A stretch of DNA of 64,000 nt from the NCBI GenBank assembly GCA_963787675.1, contig CAWBDV010000019.1:212073-276072 (forward strand). Direction: 5' to 3'. This DNA comes from an uncultured Alphaproteobacteria bacterium (lineage in GTDB: Bacteria; Pseudomonadota; Alphaproteobacteria; Rhizobiales; Xanthobacteraceae). The notes under the pieces were generated by a model that was not told where the DNA came from, did not search any database, and saw nothing but the letters and a program-made list of their open reading frames with translations. The position numbers and the translations under genes were made by a program. Shown one piece after another: positions 9,244 to 18,949 of the stretch. Numbering within the stretch: position 1 is the stretch's first letter; the number at the start of each line of letters is the position of its first letter.

Positions 9244-9897
9244 CTAACCTTTATCGCCCGCCCAGCGCTCTTTGTCGAAATGGCGATCATATTCAGCGCG
9301 CGTAATCCAGCCGCGGAACATGGAGCGGGTCAAATACCATTCGTCCGGGTGAACCGCGTAATAGATGTGAATCATGACCAGCGTGATGAGCGCCATCGCC
9401 GCAAGCCCATGCACCGCGTAGATCTCGCCCCACTGGTAATCGGCGAGCACATAGGGATTGCGCCGCCACCACGGCGTGTCGATCTTGAGCAGCATCGTCA
9501 AGCCCGACACGACGATCGCCAGCCCGAGCACCGCAATCGCGAAGTGATAGAGCTTCTGCAGGCCGTTGTACTTGCCGGGGAGACCCGGCTCCGCGCCGCC
9601 GCCAAAGGCGCGCGTGCACAGACGGATCGCGTTGCGGACATCCTTGCCATCGAACCACATCGCCCAGAAATCCTGCCAGATCAGCGCGCGGACGATATGA
9701 ATGAGGACAAGAACGGACAGCACGATGCCCGTCGTCCAGTGCAGCGTGAGCCACTCGAATTTGATGCCGACGATGGGAAGGAACGCGGTCCCCATCAGCG
9801 TGAGGACACAGATCGCCATCAGCCAGTGATAGGCGCGATCCAACAAGATGTGGCGCCGGATGCGGCCTTCGGGAAATTTCGCTTCGGATATGGTCAT
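9244..9897 (-). CDS. Membrane di-haem cytochrome b (FdnI / Ni-Fe hydrogenase b-type cytochrome-like)
   Basis: ATG at 9897 within ORF 9244..9963. Four predicted TM helices carrying conserved His (YHWLM, LHW..LIHIV, LYHFA, VHGL..MIHIY). Confidence 0.75.
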   Translation of the reverse strand: MTISEAKFPEGRIRRHILLDRAYHWLMAICVLTLMGTAFLPIVGIKFEWLTLHWTTGIVLSVLVLIHIVRALIWQDFWAMWFDGKDVRNAIRLCTRAFGGGAEPGLPGKYNGLQKLYHFAIAVLGLAIVVSGLTMLLKIDTPWWRRNPYVLADYQWGEIYAVHGLAAMALITLVMIHIYYAVHPDEWYLTRSMFRGWITRAEYDRHFDKERWAGDKG

Positions 9898-9943
9898 TGC
9901 TGTTCCTGCTCGCCTCTCAGGCGCCGCCGGCGCTGCGGCTAGT

Positions 9944-10060
9944 TCAGGACGGGCCGTGGGCACGACGCGAGAACAGAGCGGTCAGCACCGCGTGCACCAC
10001 GATGAAGGCTGCGCCCGCGCCGACGAACCACGGCAACAAATCCCAGTTGGCGCCGATCAT
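9944..10060 (-). CDS. Possible 38-aa single-TM peptide between the FAD subunit and cytochrome b genes
   Basis: ATG at 10060 in ORF 9944..10183 gives MIGANWDLLPWFVGAGAAFIVVHAVLTALFSRRAHGPS. Weak RBS; position only. Confidence 0.3.
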   Translation of the reverse strand: MIGANWDLLPWFVGAGAAFIVVHAVLTALFSRRAHGPS

Positions 10061-10262
10061 CAGGTCGCTGCCGCCGTAAATCGATTTGGAATAGCGGAAC
10101 AGTTCTACGGGGAATTCCAAGCGACGACGCTCCGTGGTGATCCGAGTGGTGGTGATCCAAGAGGTTGAGGGCTTCCAAAGCACGATCCGGCGAAGCCGTA
10201 CCGCTCCGCCGGATAAAATGCCTCACGCCCGACCGGATCGCAACACGATCCGGCGCAGCCGA

Positions 10263-11261
10263 TCACGCGGTGGCGTCGCGCACCGCGCGGGTGACGAGGT
10301 TCGCCATCAGCGGAATCTTGAACTGATTGTAGTTCAAGGGCGAGGCACCGCGCGTCGCCGATTGCCCGGCGAGCTTGGCGATGTCCGGGCCTGCTTTCTG
10401 GCCCTTGACGATCAACTCGACCGCCGTGAGGCGTCGCGGCGCCGCGCTGACGGCGCCGCAAGCGATGCGGCAGTTCTCGATCACGCCGTTCTTCACCGTC
10501 ATCGCCGCGGCAACATTGACGAGCGGGAAATCCCAGGCGTTTCGGTCGGCGACTTTCTCGAAGTAGAAATGCGCGCCGGCCCACGCATTGGAAATCCGGA
10601 TCGCCGTCAGGATTTCATCGTGCGCGAGCGATGTCATGCGGGTGATGTCGGTCTTCGGGCCGATGAAGAACTCATTGGCACCGATGACCCGTTCGCCCTT
10701 CGCGCTTTTCACGACGAACTTGGCGTCGAGTGCGACCAGCGCCGGCGCCGTGTCCGATGGCGACACCGCGACACAGCGGTCGGAATCGAACAGCGCGTGC
10801 TCGCGGTTGACGCCCTGCGGCGTATCGGCAAAGCAGGTCGTGCCGCCGGCGCGATAGCAGGGCAGGCCGGCTCGGTAGTACCAGCAGCGTGCGTCTTGCG
10901 ACACGTTGCCGCCGATGGTGCCGGCGTTGCGGATCTGCGGGCTTGCGACCTTCGCGGCGGCGTCGGCGAGGAGCCGATACTTCGCCTTGACGACCGGATT
11001 GCGCTCGATTTCGGTAAGCGTCGTCAACGCGCCGATCTCGATGCCGTCCGGGGTCTCGCGGATGCCCTTCATCTCGGCGATGCCGCTGAGATCGATCACG
11101 GCTTTCGGCCGCTTGGCGCGCTCTTTGAACCACGACAGGCTGTCGTAGCCGCCGGCCAGCTTCCAGCTGTCCTTGCCGTAGCGGTCGAGCAGGGCGAATG
11201 CATCCTTGAGCTGCGTCGGTTGAAACAGCTCGAAGCCGGGCATGACGTCCTTGATGATCAT
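10263..11261 (-). CDS. Mo-hydroxylase FAD-binding subunit, PaoB-like, with extra Cys cluster
   Basis: FAD_binding_5 / CO-dehydrogenase flavoprotein-like sequence (AGGYDSL..., IRNAGTIGGN). Cys-rich insert CWYYRAGLPCYRAGGTTCF..DRC, as in [4Fe-4S]-containing PaoB. Confidence 0.88.
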   Translation of the reverse strand: MIIKDVMPGFELFQPTQLKDAFALLDRYGKDSWKLAGGYDSLSWFKERAKRPKAVIDLSGIAEMKGIRETPDGIEIGALTTLTEIERNPVVKAKYRLLADAAAKVASPQIRNAGTIGGNVSQDARCWYYRAGLPCYRAGGTTCFADTPQGVNREHALFDSDRCVAVSPSDTAPALVALDAKFVVKSAKGERVIGANEFFIGPKTDITRMTSLAHDEILTAIRISNAWAGAHFYFEKVADRNAWDFPLVNVAAAMTVKNGVIENCRIACGAVSAAPRRLTAVELIVKGQKAGPDIAKLAGQSATRGASPLNYNQFKIPLMANLVTRAVRDATA

Positions 11262-11273
11262 GGCGGTGCTCCC

Positions 11274-13679
11274 TCAGACCGTATTGATCTGGAGCGGCTT
11301 GTGAGCTTGCGGCCGCTTCGAAAGGTAATTGAGGATCATGTCGAGCGATATCGGCGTGCGGTTGAACAGATGTCCGCCGAGCGCGTCGGATATCGCCGAG
11401 GTGACAGCAGCAGCGCCGGAGCCTTGCACCGGTTCGCCGACGCCTTTGACGCCGACCGGGTTCTGCGGGTCGGGCTGGTCGACCGCGGCCCACCCGATCT
11501 CGACGGGTACGTCGAGATAGGTCGGCGGCTTGGTTTGATAGAGCAGCGTGTTCGTCGGCAACCCGAGTTTCGGGTCGTAGACGTGGCGCTCGAGCATGGC
11601 GAGCCCGATGCCCATGATGTTGCCGCCACGGATCTGGGCGGCGAGACCCTGCGGATGCAGCACGGTGCCGCAGTCGGCGACGCACAGCATGTCGACGATG
11701 TTGACCTTGCCGGTCTCGACGTCGAGGGTGACCTCGGCGAACGTGGTCGTCAGGCCCGGCGTCACGCCGACCCGGGGTAGATTGTCCTTGGCGACGCCGA
11801 TCAACCCGCTGCCCGCAATCATATCGAGGCCGTGCTTGGTGACCGGATTGATGTCCTTCGGCGCTTCCTTGCCGGAGAACGTGCCGCCAAGCTCGACTGC
11901 CTTACGGGCCGCCTCGGCGTAGCTGATCGACTTCGCCGGATCGGCCTTGCTGACCACTTTCTCGTTGCCGAGGTCATAGTCGCTCGCCGCACCGCCCAGG
12001 ACCTGGGCCGCGATCCCGAGGAGCTTCGCCTTGGCATCCATCGCGGCGACATACATGGTCCGCGATTCTGTCGATGCCGTGAGGCTGCCGGCCTGGTTCG
12101 AGTTCCAGGGCAGGCCGCGGCGGCTATCGCCGCGCTCGATGATCACGTTGTCCCACGCGTAGTTGAGCATCTCGGCCGCGACGCGCGCGGTCGCCGAATG
12201 GGAGTAAGTGCCGAGATTGCCGACGCCCGTATGGACGTGCAGCTTGCCGTCCGGCGTGATGCGCACGATCCCGTCGAAGCCGTTGGAGCCGGCCGAGTGA
12301 TAGCCCTGGCCGATGCCGACGCCGGTGACGAGATTGCCGTTGCGCTGGCCCGACCGCTTCTTGCGATCGTCCCACTTGAACATCTCGGCAGCCTTGGCGA
12401 GCGCGTCCTTTTGGAAAGCGCTGGTCAGAGGACCGCGGCCGGAGCCGATCTTGCTTGCGGAGTCCGGTGCATTGATGCTCCGGATCGCAAGGCGGTCGAT
12501 GCCAAGGTCGCGTGCGGCCTTGTCGATCATCGGCTCGAACACGGCGACGAACTGGTTCTCGCCCGGTCCGCGCTGCGGGCCGACCGGCGGCGTGTTGGTG
12601 AGCACCGGCACGGCGCGCCAGCGCATCGCCTGCGGCTGATAGACCATCGACAGCGCGTTGCCGGCGGAACGGAAGTCGCCGCCGCCGATGTGCGGGCCGT
12701 TTTCCTGCACGATGTAGAGATCGGCCGCGAGCATGCGCCCGTCCGCGCCAAAGCCCAGCTTGACGTGGCCCTGGAAGCTCGGGCGGGCACTGCCGATGCC
12801 GTATTCCTCGATGCGGGAAATACGGTGCATCACCGGGCGATTGATCTTCTTCGACATCAGCGCGGCGATCGCCATGTTGGGATAGCCGGGGATCTTGCTG
12901 CCGAAGCCGCCGCCGCAGAATTCGGCGACGAGGACGAGATCATCGGGCTTGATGCCGATCAGGCGGGCGATGTTGGGCACCGCCGCGGTGTGGCTCTGGT
13001 TCGAGCCGTGCAGGATGCACTTGCCGCCCTGCCAGTACGCCATGGCAGAGCGCGTCTCCATGGAATGGTGGGCGAGGCCGCTCGATACGAAGCTTTCCTC
13101 GACGATCACCTTCGCCGCTTTGAAGCCGGCGTCGAGATCGCCGTAGCTCCATTCCTCGGCCGGCTTGCCGAGCGGCATCTTGTCGTCGCCCGCCGCAGCG
13201 AAGGCCGCGGCATCCCACTTCACCGTCTGCAGGTTGATCTGCGCGGCCGCGACGTTGCCGTTCGAGCGTGCATCAGGTCCGCCCGGGAAGAGGCTTTCCA
13301 GCGGATCGGTCACGTGGGGCAGTTGCTCGAAATCGATCTTGATCGCTTCGATCGCCTCGGCCGCGATCTCCTCGGTCTCGGCTGCGACCGCAAGGATCGG
13401 GTCGCCGACATAGAAGGTCTCGTCCTTGGCGAGGATTGGCGGCTGGGGCGGCGGGAATTGCGGCACATCGTCCGCAGTGAGAATGCCGAGCACGCCTTTG
13501 ATCTTCAGTGCCGCCGACGTGTCGATCCGGCGGATGCGGGCATGCGGGATCGGGCTCGTCAGCGTCTTGCAGAACACCATGCCTTCGGCGCGGAAGTCCT
13601 CGGCGTATTTGGCGCGGCCGGTAACCTTCGCGGTGACGTCGACCGGAACGAAGTTCTTGCCGATGAGATTGTATGCCAT
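11274..13679 (-). CDS. Xanthine dehydrogenase-family molybdopterin-binding large subunit (aldehyde oxidoreductase PaoC-like)
   Basis: 801 aa with N-terminal a/b-hammerhead (VTGRAKYAEDF) and Mo-binding domains (GGGFGSK, QGxxTxxxQ-type motifs). Confidence 0.92.
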   Translation of the reverse strand: MAYNLIGKNFVPVDVTAKVTGRAKYAEDFRAEGMVFCKTLTSPIPHARIRRIDTSAALKIKGVLGILTADDVPQFPPPQPPILAKDETFYVGDPILAVAAETEEIAAEAIEAIKIDFEQLPHVTDPLESLFPGGPDARSNGNVAAAQINLQTVKWDAAAFAAAGDDKMPLGKPAEEWSYGDLDAGFKAAKVIVEESFVSSGLAHHSMETRSAMAYWQGGKCILHGSNQSHTAAVPNIARLIGIKPDDLVLVAEFCGGGFGSKIPGYPNMAIAALMSKKINRPVMHRISRIEEYGIGSARPSFQGHVKLGFGADGRMLAADLYIVQENGPHIGGGDFRSAGNALSMVYQPQAMRWRAVPVLTNTPPVGPQRGPGENQFVAVFEPMIDKAARDLGIDRLAIRSINAPDSASKIGSGRGPLTSAFQKDALAKAAEMFKWDDRKKRSGQRNGNLVTGVGIGQGYHSAGSNGFDGIVRITPDGKLHVHTGVGNLGTYSHSATARVAAEMLNYAWDNVIIERGDSRRGLPWNSNQAGSLTASTESRTMYVAAMDAKAKLLGIAAQVLGGAASDYDLGNEKVVSKADPAKSISYAEAARKAVELGGTFSGKEAPKDINPVTKHGLDMIAGSGLIGVAKDNLPRVGVTPGLTTTFAEVTLDVETGKVNIVDMLCVADCGTVLHPQGLAAQIRGGNIMGIGLAMLERHVYDPKLGLPTNTLLYQTKPPTYLDVPVEIGWAAVDQPDPQNPVGVKGVGEPVQGSGAAAVTSAISDALGGHLFNRTPISLDMILNYLSKRPQAHKPLQINTV

Positions 13680-13680
13680 C

Positions 13681-14346
13681 TCAAGCCTCCCGCGATGCGC
13701 GCATGACGGCCTTCAGGTAGTGGTCGTACGCACCGCAACGGCAGATGTTGCCGGACATTGCGATGCGCGCTTCCTCGACCGTAGGCTTGGGATTGTGCTT
13801 GAGGAGGGCGACGGCGGAGACCACCTGCCCGGGCGTACAGAAACCGCATTGCGGCCCGAGTTCTTCGACCATGGCTTTCTGCACCTTATGCAGTTCGCCG
13901 TTCGGCCCCTCGATGCCTTCGATAGTGGTGACCTTGCGGCCGCGCACCTGATGCGTGAGCGTCGAGCACGAATAGGTCGCGACGTCATCGATCATCACGG
14001 TGCAGTTGCCGCATTCGGAATGATCGCAGCCGAGCTTGGTGCCGGTGAGCCCGAGCTTGTAGCGAAGCGTGTGGACCAACGTTTCGTTCGGCAGCACGTC
14101 GACCGGGCGCTCGCGACCGTTGACGTTGAGCCTGACAAGACGCTCGACCGAGCCCGCCACCTGGGCGAGGGCTGTGCCACCGCGGCCGAGGACCACATAG
14201 CCTCCGGCCGAGACGGCGACGCCCGAGGCGATCACCCCCTTGATGAACTCACGTCGCGAGGCGCGCAACGCGGCCCGATCGGCGGGATGTCCGCCTCCGG
14301 GATCGCCATGGCGTTCGCATGACGGACGTACATCGTTGTCTGACAT
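13681..14346 (-). CDS. [2Fe-2S]x2 small subunit with twin-arginine (Tat) signal, PaoA-like
   Basis: SRREFIKGVIASGVAV Tat motif. CDHSECGNCTV and CGFCTPG..CRCG ferredoxin motifs. Confidence 0.9.
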   Translation of the reverse strand: MSDNDVRPSCERHGDPGGGHPADRAALRASRREFIKGVIASGVAVSAGGYVVLGRGGTALAQVAGSVERLVRLNVNGRERPVDVLPNETLVHTLRYKLGLTGTKLGCDHSECGNCTVMIDDVATYSCSTLTHQVRGRKVTTIEGIEGPNGELHKVQKAMVEELGPQCGFCTPGQVVSAVALLKHNPKPTVEEARIAMSGNICRCGAYDHYLKAVMRASREA

Positions 14347-14609
14347 GAGCGTCCTCCCAATGTCAGCGGCCCGCCACGAGCGGCGGCCGCAAGTTTTGAA
14401 CTATTATGATTTACAAGAGCACGATTTCCCCGATGCGACAACGCGTTATAGCCGAATGAACATATCGGTTACGGCGACGGGGCTTTGCCCACTTTTGGTC
14501 GCGTCCGCGTAAGGGCTTGCCAGTGGGCAGGCCGCTTGCACCGAGGCTTGTGTCGTTCGCCCCGATGGTTCACAACAGGCGAAAATTCACGCCTCTCGGG
14601 AGGAGCACC
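14347..14609. promoter_or_regulatory. Divergent intergenic region shared by the Pao-like operon (-) and PQQ dehydrogenase 4 (+)
   Basis: 263 bp with a locally AT-rich core (aagttttgaactattatgatttacaagagcacgatttcc) between two divergent start codons. No specific operator recognised. Confidence 0.3.
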
Positions 14610-16283
14610 ATGAAGCACATCAGTTCGGTGATCGGCTTGTCGCTGCTGTTTGCCACTGGAGCCGCAGCACAGACGCTCAATGATCTCAAGAACGACGGCA
14701 AGAACACCGACAATGTGCTCACCTACGGGATGGGCTATGGTGAGAACCGCTACAGTCCGCTCAAGCAGATCGACAAAACCAACATCAAGCGGCTGGTGCC
14801 GATCTGGAACCTGAGCCTCGACAATCAGTGGGGCGAGCAAGCTCAGCCGATCATCTACAATGGCGTGATGTACGTGACCAACGCGCGGGCGACGGTCGCG
14901 ATCGATGTCGGCACCGGCAAACAGATCTGGAAGACGCCGGTCGACTGGCTGCCCGAGACGCCGCGCGTCGTGTGCTGCGGCGTATCGAACAAAGGCGCCG
15001 CGATCTACGACGGCAAGATCTATCGCACCACGCTCGATGCCTATGTATTGGCGCTCGACGCCAAGACCGGCAAGGAAATCTGGAAATCAAAGGCGGCTGA
15101 ATGGAAGGACGGTTATTCCATGACCGTCGCCCCGGTCATCGCCAATGGCGTGCTGCTGACGGGCATTTCCGGCGCCGAATACGGCATCCGCGGCTTCGTC
15201 GATGGTTGGGACCCGCAGACCGGCAATCACCTGTGGCGCCGCTACACGATCCCGGCGCGCGGCGAGAAAGGCAACGAGACCTGGCCGCAGGACAATGACT
15301 CCTGGGAGCATGGCGGCGGGTCAACGTGGATCACCGGCTCGTACGATCCCGATCTCGATCTCACGTATTGGGGCACGGGCAATGCCGGCCCATGGACCGG
15401 CGCCAAGCGGCCTGGAGACAACCTCTACACCGCGTCCGTGATCGCGCTGCGGCCCAAGACCGGCGAGATCGTGTGGCACTACCAATTCACGCCGAACGAC
15501 GTCTACGACTACGATGCCGTGTGGGAGCTGATCCTCGCCGAACTGCCGATCAACGGCGTCAAGCGCAAGGTGGTCATGCAGCTCAACCGCAATGGCTTCC
15601 TGTACGTTCTCGACCGCGCCAACGGCGAACTTCTCGCGGCGAACCCCTACGAGAAGGTCAACTGGGCAAGCCACATCGACAAGGAAACCGGCCGACCCGT
15701 CGAGACCGAAATCGCCAAGAAGCTGCGCTCCGGCGAGCAGATCGAGATGTGGCCGTCGACCCGCGGCGGCAAGAACTGGCCGCACGCCGCCTTCAACCCC
15801 GAGACCGGCCTCCTCTATGCCAACACGATCCATGAAGGCCGGCTCTACCGCTGGCTCCCGCCGGAGCCGTATCAAGCGGGCCAGCGCTTCATGTTCGTCG
15901 AGAACCTGAATATGCCGTCGAACGGCCAGCCGATCGGCCATGTGGACGCGATCGACCCACTGACCGGCAAGCAGCGCTGGCGCGTCCCGCTCTATGACCA
16001 CCAGCATTGGGCCGCGATGCTCGCGACCGGGAGCGGCCTTCTGTTTACCGGCAAGGAGACCGGGGAGTTCATCGCGCTCGACGCCGACAACGGCAAGACG
16101 GTGTGGCAGTTTCAGACGGGTTCCGGCATCAATGCGATGCCCATCACCTACACCCACAACGGCCAGCAATATGTGACCGTGCTGTCGGGTGTCGGCGGCC
16201 TCTATTGGAACCTTGCCAAGACCGCGCTCAAGAACGTGGTGCCGGGCGGATCGGTATGGACTTTCGCACTCCTGCCGAACTGA
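14610..16283 (+). CDS. PQQ-dependent alcohol dehydrogenase (ExaA/PedH-like type I quinoprotein)
   Basis: ATG at 14610 (GGGAGGAG upstream). Signal peptide. NRYSPLKQIDKTNIKRL, VVCCGVSNKG and GAEYGIRGF motifs; NDVYDYDA around the catalytic Asp. Confidence 0.93.
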   Translation: MKHISSVIGLSLLFATGAAAQTLNDLKNDGKNTDNVLTYGMGYGENRYSPLKQIDKTNIKRLVPIWNLSLDNQWGEQAQPIIYNGVMYVTNARATVAIDVGTGKQIWKTPVDWLPETPRVVCCGVSNKGAAIYDGKIYRTTLDAYVLALDAKTGKEIWKSKAAEWKDGYSMTVAPVIANGVLLTGISGAEYGIRGFVDGWDPQTGNHLWRRYTIPARGEKGNETWPQDNDSWEHGGGSTWITGSYDPDLDLTYWGTGNAGPWTGAKRPGDNLYTASVIALRPKTGEIVWHYQFTPNDVYDYDAVWELILAELPINGVKRKVVMQLNRNGFLYVLDRANGELLAANPYEKVNWASHIDKETGRPVETEIAKKLRSGEQIEMWPSTRGGKNWPHAAFNPETGLLYANTIHEGRLYRWLPPEPYQAGQRFMFVENLNMPSNGQPIGHVDAIDPLTGKQRWRVPLYDHQHWAAMLATGSGLLFTGKETGEFIALDADNGKTVWQFQTGSGINAMPITYTHNGQQYVTVLSGVGGLYWNLAKTALKNVVPGGSVWTFALLPN

Positions 16284-16603
16284 GGCCTCTTAGGCGGCGC
16301 GCGGCCGTTCTCGGCTGCGCGCTTGCCCTCGTTGCAGTAACCACCGTTGCAGCTGAGTTCGCTCCGGAACGCATCAATGCGGGTGCCGCGATCTTTGCGC
16401 GCAACTGCTCGCCGTGCCACGGCAATCACATGCGCAATCCCGAAGGTGCATTCGATCTGCGCGAATTTCCGCCCGAGCAACACGATCGCTTCGTCAACTC
16501 GGTCACGCGCGGCAAAGGCCAGATGCCGCCGTGGGGCGACCTGTTCAAGCCCGACGACGTTGAATCGCTGTGGGCTTACGTCATGGCCGGCGAACCGCGG
16601 TAG
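16256..16603 (+). CDS. Small periplasmic c-type cytochrome
   Basis: ATG at 16256 in ORF 16007..16603, overlapping the dehydrogenase 3' end. Signal peptide, CSPCH haem motif, and QMPPWG Met-ligand region. Confidence 0.78.
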   Translation: MDFRTPAELRPLRRRAAVLGCALALVAVTTVAAEFAPERINAGAAIFARNCSPCHGNHMRNPEGAFDLREFPPEQHDRFVNSVTRGKGQMPPWGDLFKPDDVESLWAYVMAGEPR

Positions 16604-16668
16604 CGGCTGCCAGCGTTCCTTTCAGATTTCGATTTGGACCAACGGAGGGCTTTCGCCGCCGCGGAGCG

Positions 16669-16992
16669 TTACCACAACCCGACGGCCCGGTTGTCGTTGC
16701 GCCAGCCGGTCAGGCGGCCATTGCGGAACTGCAACCAGATTTGCCGATCATACGTATCGACCGACGGAATCGCGGTCTTTCGATCGACGTAAAAGACCTC
16801 CGAGCCTTCGCGGCCCCCGGCGTAGATGAGGGGCGCGTGCAAGGCGGCCGAAACTGCGTCCGGCGTCATGCCGAACTGCAGCGGTACCGTATTGGCGCGG
16901 GTGTCAAAATAGGAGCAATTGGAGAACCACGCGATGCAGCCCCACACCACCGCTTGCCGCAGCTGACTCCGATCCCACATCGACCACCCCAC
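16669..16992 (-). CDS. Hypothetical protein (107 aa)
   Basis: ORF with non-repetitive composition; no family recognised. Confidence 0.4.
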   Translation of the reverse strand: MGWSMWDRSQLRQAVVWGCIAWFSNCSYFDTRANTVPLQFGMTPDAVSAALHAPLIYAGGREGSEVFYVDRKTAIPSVDTYDRQIWLQFRNGRLTGWRNDNRAVGLW

Positions 16993-17144
16993 CCGCCTGG
17001 TCGCAATGCCCCGAATAATGGGGAGATCGTGCGCGAGGCTGCGCGGCCAGTCAATGCCCGCGCAACGCGAGGCGCGGCGGCCGTGTCCTTGAGATCACAG
17101 CGCCGCGCGTCAGTATGCCAAAGACAGATTACAAGCCGAAGCGA

Positions 17145-18230
17145 TTAGCGCACGCTTGCGGTCGATTCCGGCGCCAGACGGTTGGCTTGGCCCTGGCCGC
17201 CCGGCAACACGACCACCTTGGTCCCAACTGTGACGCGGCCGTAAAGGTCTTCGACGTCGGCGTTGGTCAGGCGGATACAGCCCGATGACACGAACGATCC
17301 GATCGTCGACGGCTGATTGGTGCCGTGGATGCGATAGACGGTGTTGCCGAGATAAAGCGCGCGCGCCCCGAGCGGGTTGCTCTCGCCGCCAGCCATGAAG
17401 CGCGGCAGGTAGGGCTGGCGCTCGATCATCTCCTTGGGCGGATGCCAGTCCGGCCATTCCGACATCTTTGTGACCTTCTCGCGCCCGGCCCACGTGAAGC
17501 CTTCGCGGCCGACGCCGACGCCATAGCGCATCGCCTTGCCGCCACCCATGACGAGATAGAGGTAGGTGTTCGACGTATCGATGATGATCGTACCGGCAGG
17601 TTCGTGAGTTGGGTACTCAACCACCTGCCGCCGAAACTGCGGCGGCAACTCCTTCGGACGCCCCATCTCGGGACGATAGTCCGGCGGAAACGATGCGTAT
17701 GCCCCGCCCATCCCTGGAGGTGGAGGCACAGCCTCTACGGGACCGCGGTTAGTGGTGTCATAAGGCGGCGGAGCAGCAGCGCCCGGGGCACCCGGTCCCG
17801 GTGGGAGTCCACGATTGCCAAGGTCGCCGGGCGGACGCACCGGTTCCCAGGCACCATAAGAATAGCCGCGCGGCGGCGGCGCGCTCTCCGGATAAGCGCT
17901 GCCATACGGCGCCGGCTGTGCCCCGTAGGGCTGCGGCGGCGCGGCCGCGTAAGGGCCACCCTGGCCCGGCGGCGGCAATGTGTCTCGCTGGATCGCTCCA
18001 GGCGCGCTTTGCGGCGGCTCGTAGCCATAGCCATAAGGCGTGCTCGAGGGACGGCCATAAGGCCCCGGCAGCGGCACCAAATCGTCATCGTCATTCACGG
18101 GGGCCGGCGCGCCGCGGTAGCCGGGCGGCGGCGGCGGGGAATAAGGGGAATAGCCCTGGGCAAAAGCTCCGCCCGCGAGCCCGACCAAACCCAGTGCGGT
18201 CACTGCAATAGCAACTGAGCGCGCGGTCAT
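17145..18230 (-). CDS. L,D-transpeptidase (YkuD domain) with Pro/Gly/Tyr-rich linker
   Basis: ATG at 18230 gives a signal peptide. C-terminal YkuD signature RIHGTNQPSTIGSFVSSGCIRL. Confidence 0.9.
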   Translation of the reverse strand: MTARSVAIAVTALGLVGLAGGAFAQGYSPYSPPPPPGYRGAPAPVNDDDDLVPLPGPYGRPSSTPYGYGYEPPQSAPGAIQRDTLPPPGQGGPYAAAPPQPYGAQPAPYGSAYPESAPPPRGYSYGAWEPVRPPGDLGNRGLPPGPGAPGAAAPPPYDTTNRGPVEAVPPPPGMGGAYASFPPDYRPEMGRPKELPPQFRRQVVEYPTHEPAGTIIIDTSNTYLYLVMGGGKAMRYGVGVGREGFTWAGREKVTKMSEWPDWHPPKEMIERQPYLPRFMAGGESNPLGARALYLGNTVYRIHGTNQPSTIGSFVSSGCIRLTNADVEDLYGRVTVGTKVVVLPGGQGQANRLAPESTASVR

Positions 18231-18401
18231 TTTGAAAATCCCCCAACTACCCCGATGTTCTAGTCGAGTTGATAGGGCAGGAACAAGGCGAAAAAACAGT
18301 AAAGAATTCGGCGATTGCATGAATTTATCGGGAACCGCCGCCGCGATTCCGGCCGCCGCTCCCGATCAATCAAACGTGATCGTGTGTCGTCTAAACGACG
18401 C

Positions 18402-18773
18402 TCAGGCGGGCAACTGCTCGATGCGGTCGACGCGGTTCGGATAAAACGCCATGTACCCCGTAATCGCGCCAACATCGGCGATCGGCTGCTCGTAGCTCCA
18501 GATCGCATTCTCCGCGACGCGCCCATCGACATGGATCGAGTAGTAGGACGCATCACCCTTGTAGGGGCAATGGGTCTTGTGGTCGGTCTTCTTGAGCACG
18601 TTGAAATCGACATCTTCCCGCGGCACATAGGCGACAGGCTGGTAGGATGCTTCGCTCAGTAGCAGCGCCCGCTTGGTATCGGCGACAACACGCCCTGCAA
18701 AGGTGACGCGCACGCGCTGCGGTGCGGGACCGATTTCGATCGGGTGGTCGGGAGTACCGGGCATGATTTTCAT
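18402..18773 (-). CDS. DUF427 domain protein
   Basis: VRVTFAGRVVADT..., CPYKGDASYYS and AFYPNRVD match the DUF427 pattern. Confidence 0.8.
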   Translation of the reverse strand: MKIMPGTPDHPIEIGPAPQRVRVTFAGRVVADTKRALLLSEASYQPVAYVPREDVDFNVLKKTDHKTHCPYKGDASYYSIHVDGRVAENAIWSYEQPIADVGAITGYMAFYPNRVDRIEQLPA

Positions 18774-18949
18774 CTGCCTCCTATGACGGGGCGGGCAGCG
18801 GACGCCGCCATGCGAAGAACCCCTGTTGCTGATGATAGTGTCCGATCGCGAATGCTCAATCCCACGCTGTCATGCTTGGGCGGGACGATTGGCGCGCGAG
18901 GCCCGCATATCGCTCGGTCTTTCAAATTTTGTACACTGCGGCGCAAGCC

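Noticed and set aside
17325-18218. 297-aa plus-strand ORF opposite the L,D-transpeptidase linker
   Set aside because: It is antisense to a gene with a clear YkuD catalytic motif. It is an Arg-rich translation of a Pro/Gly-rich coding region.
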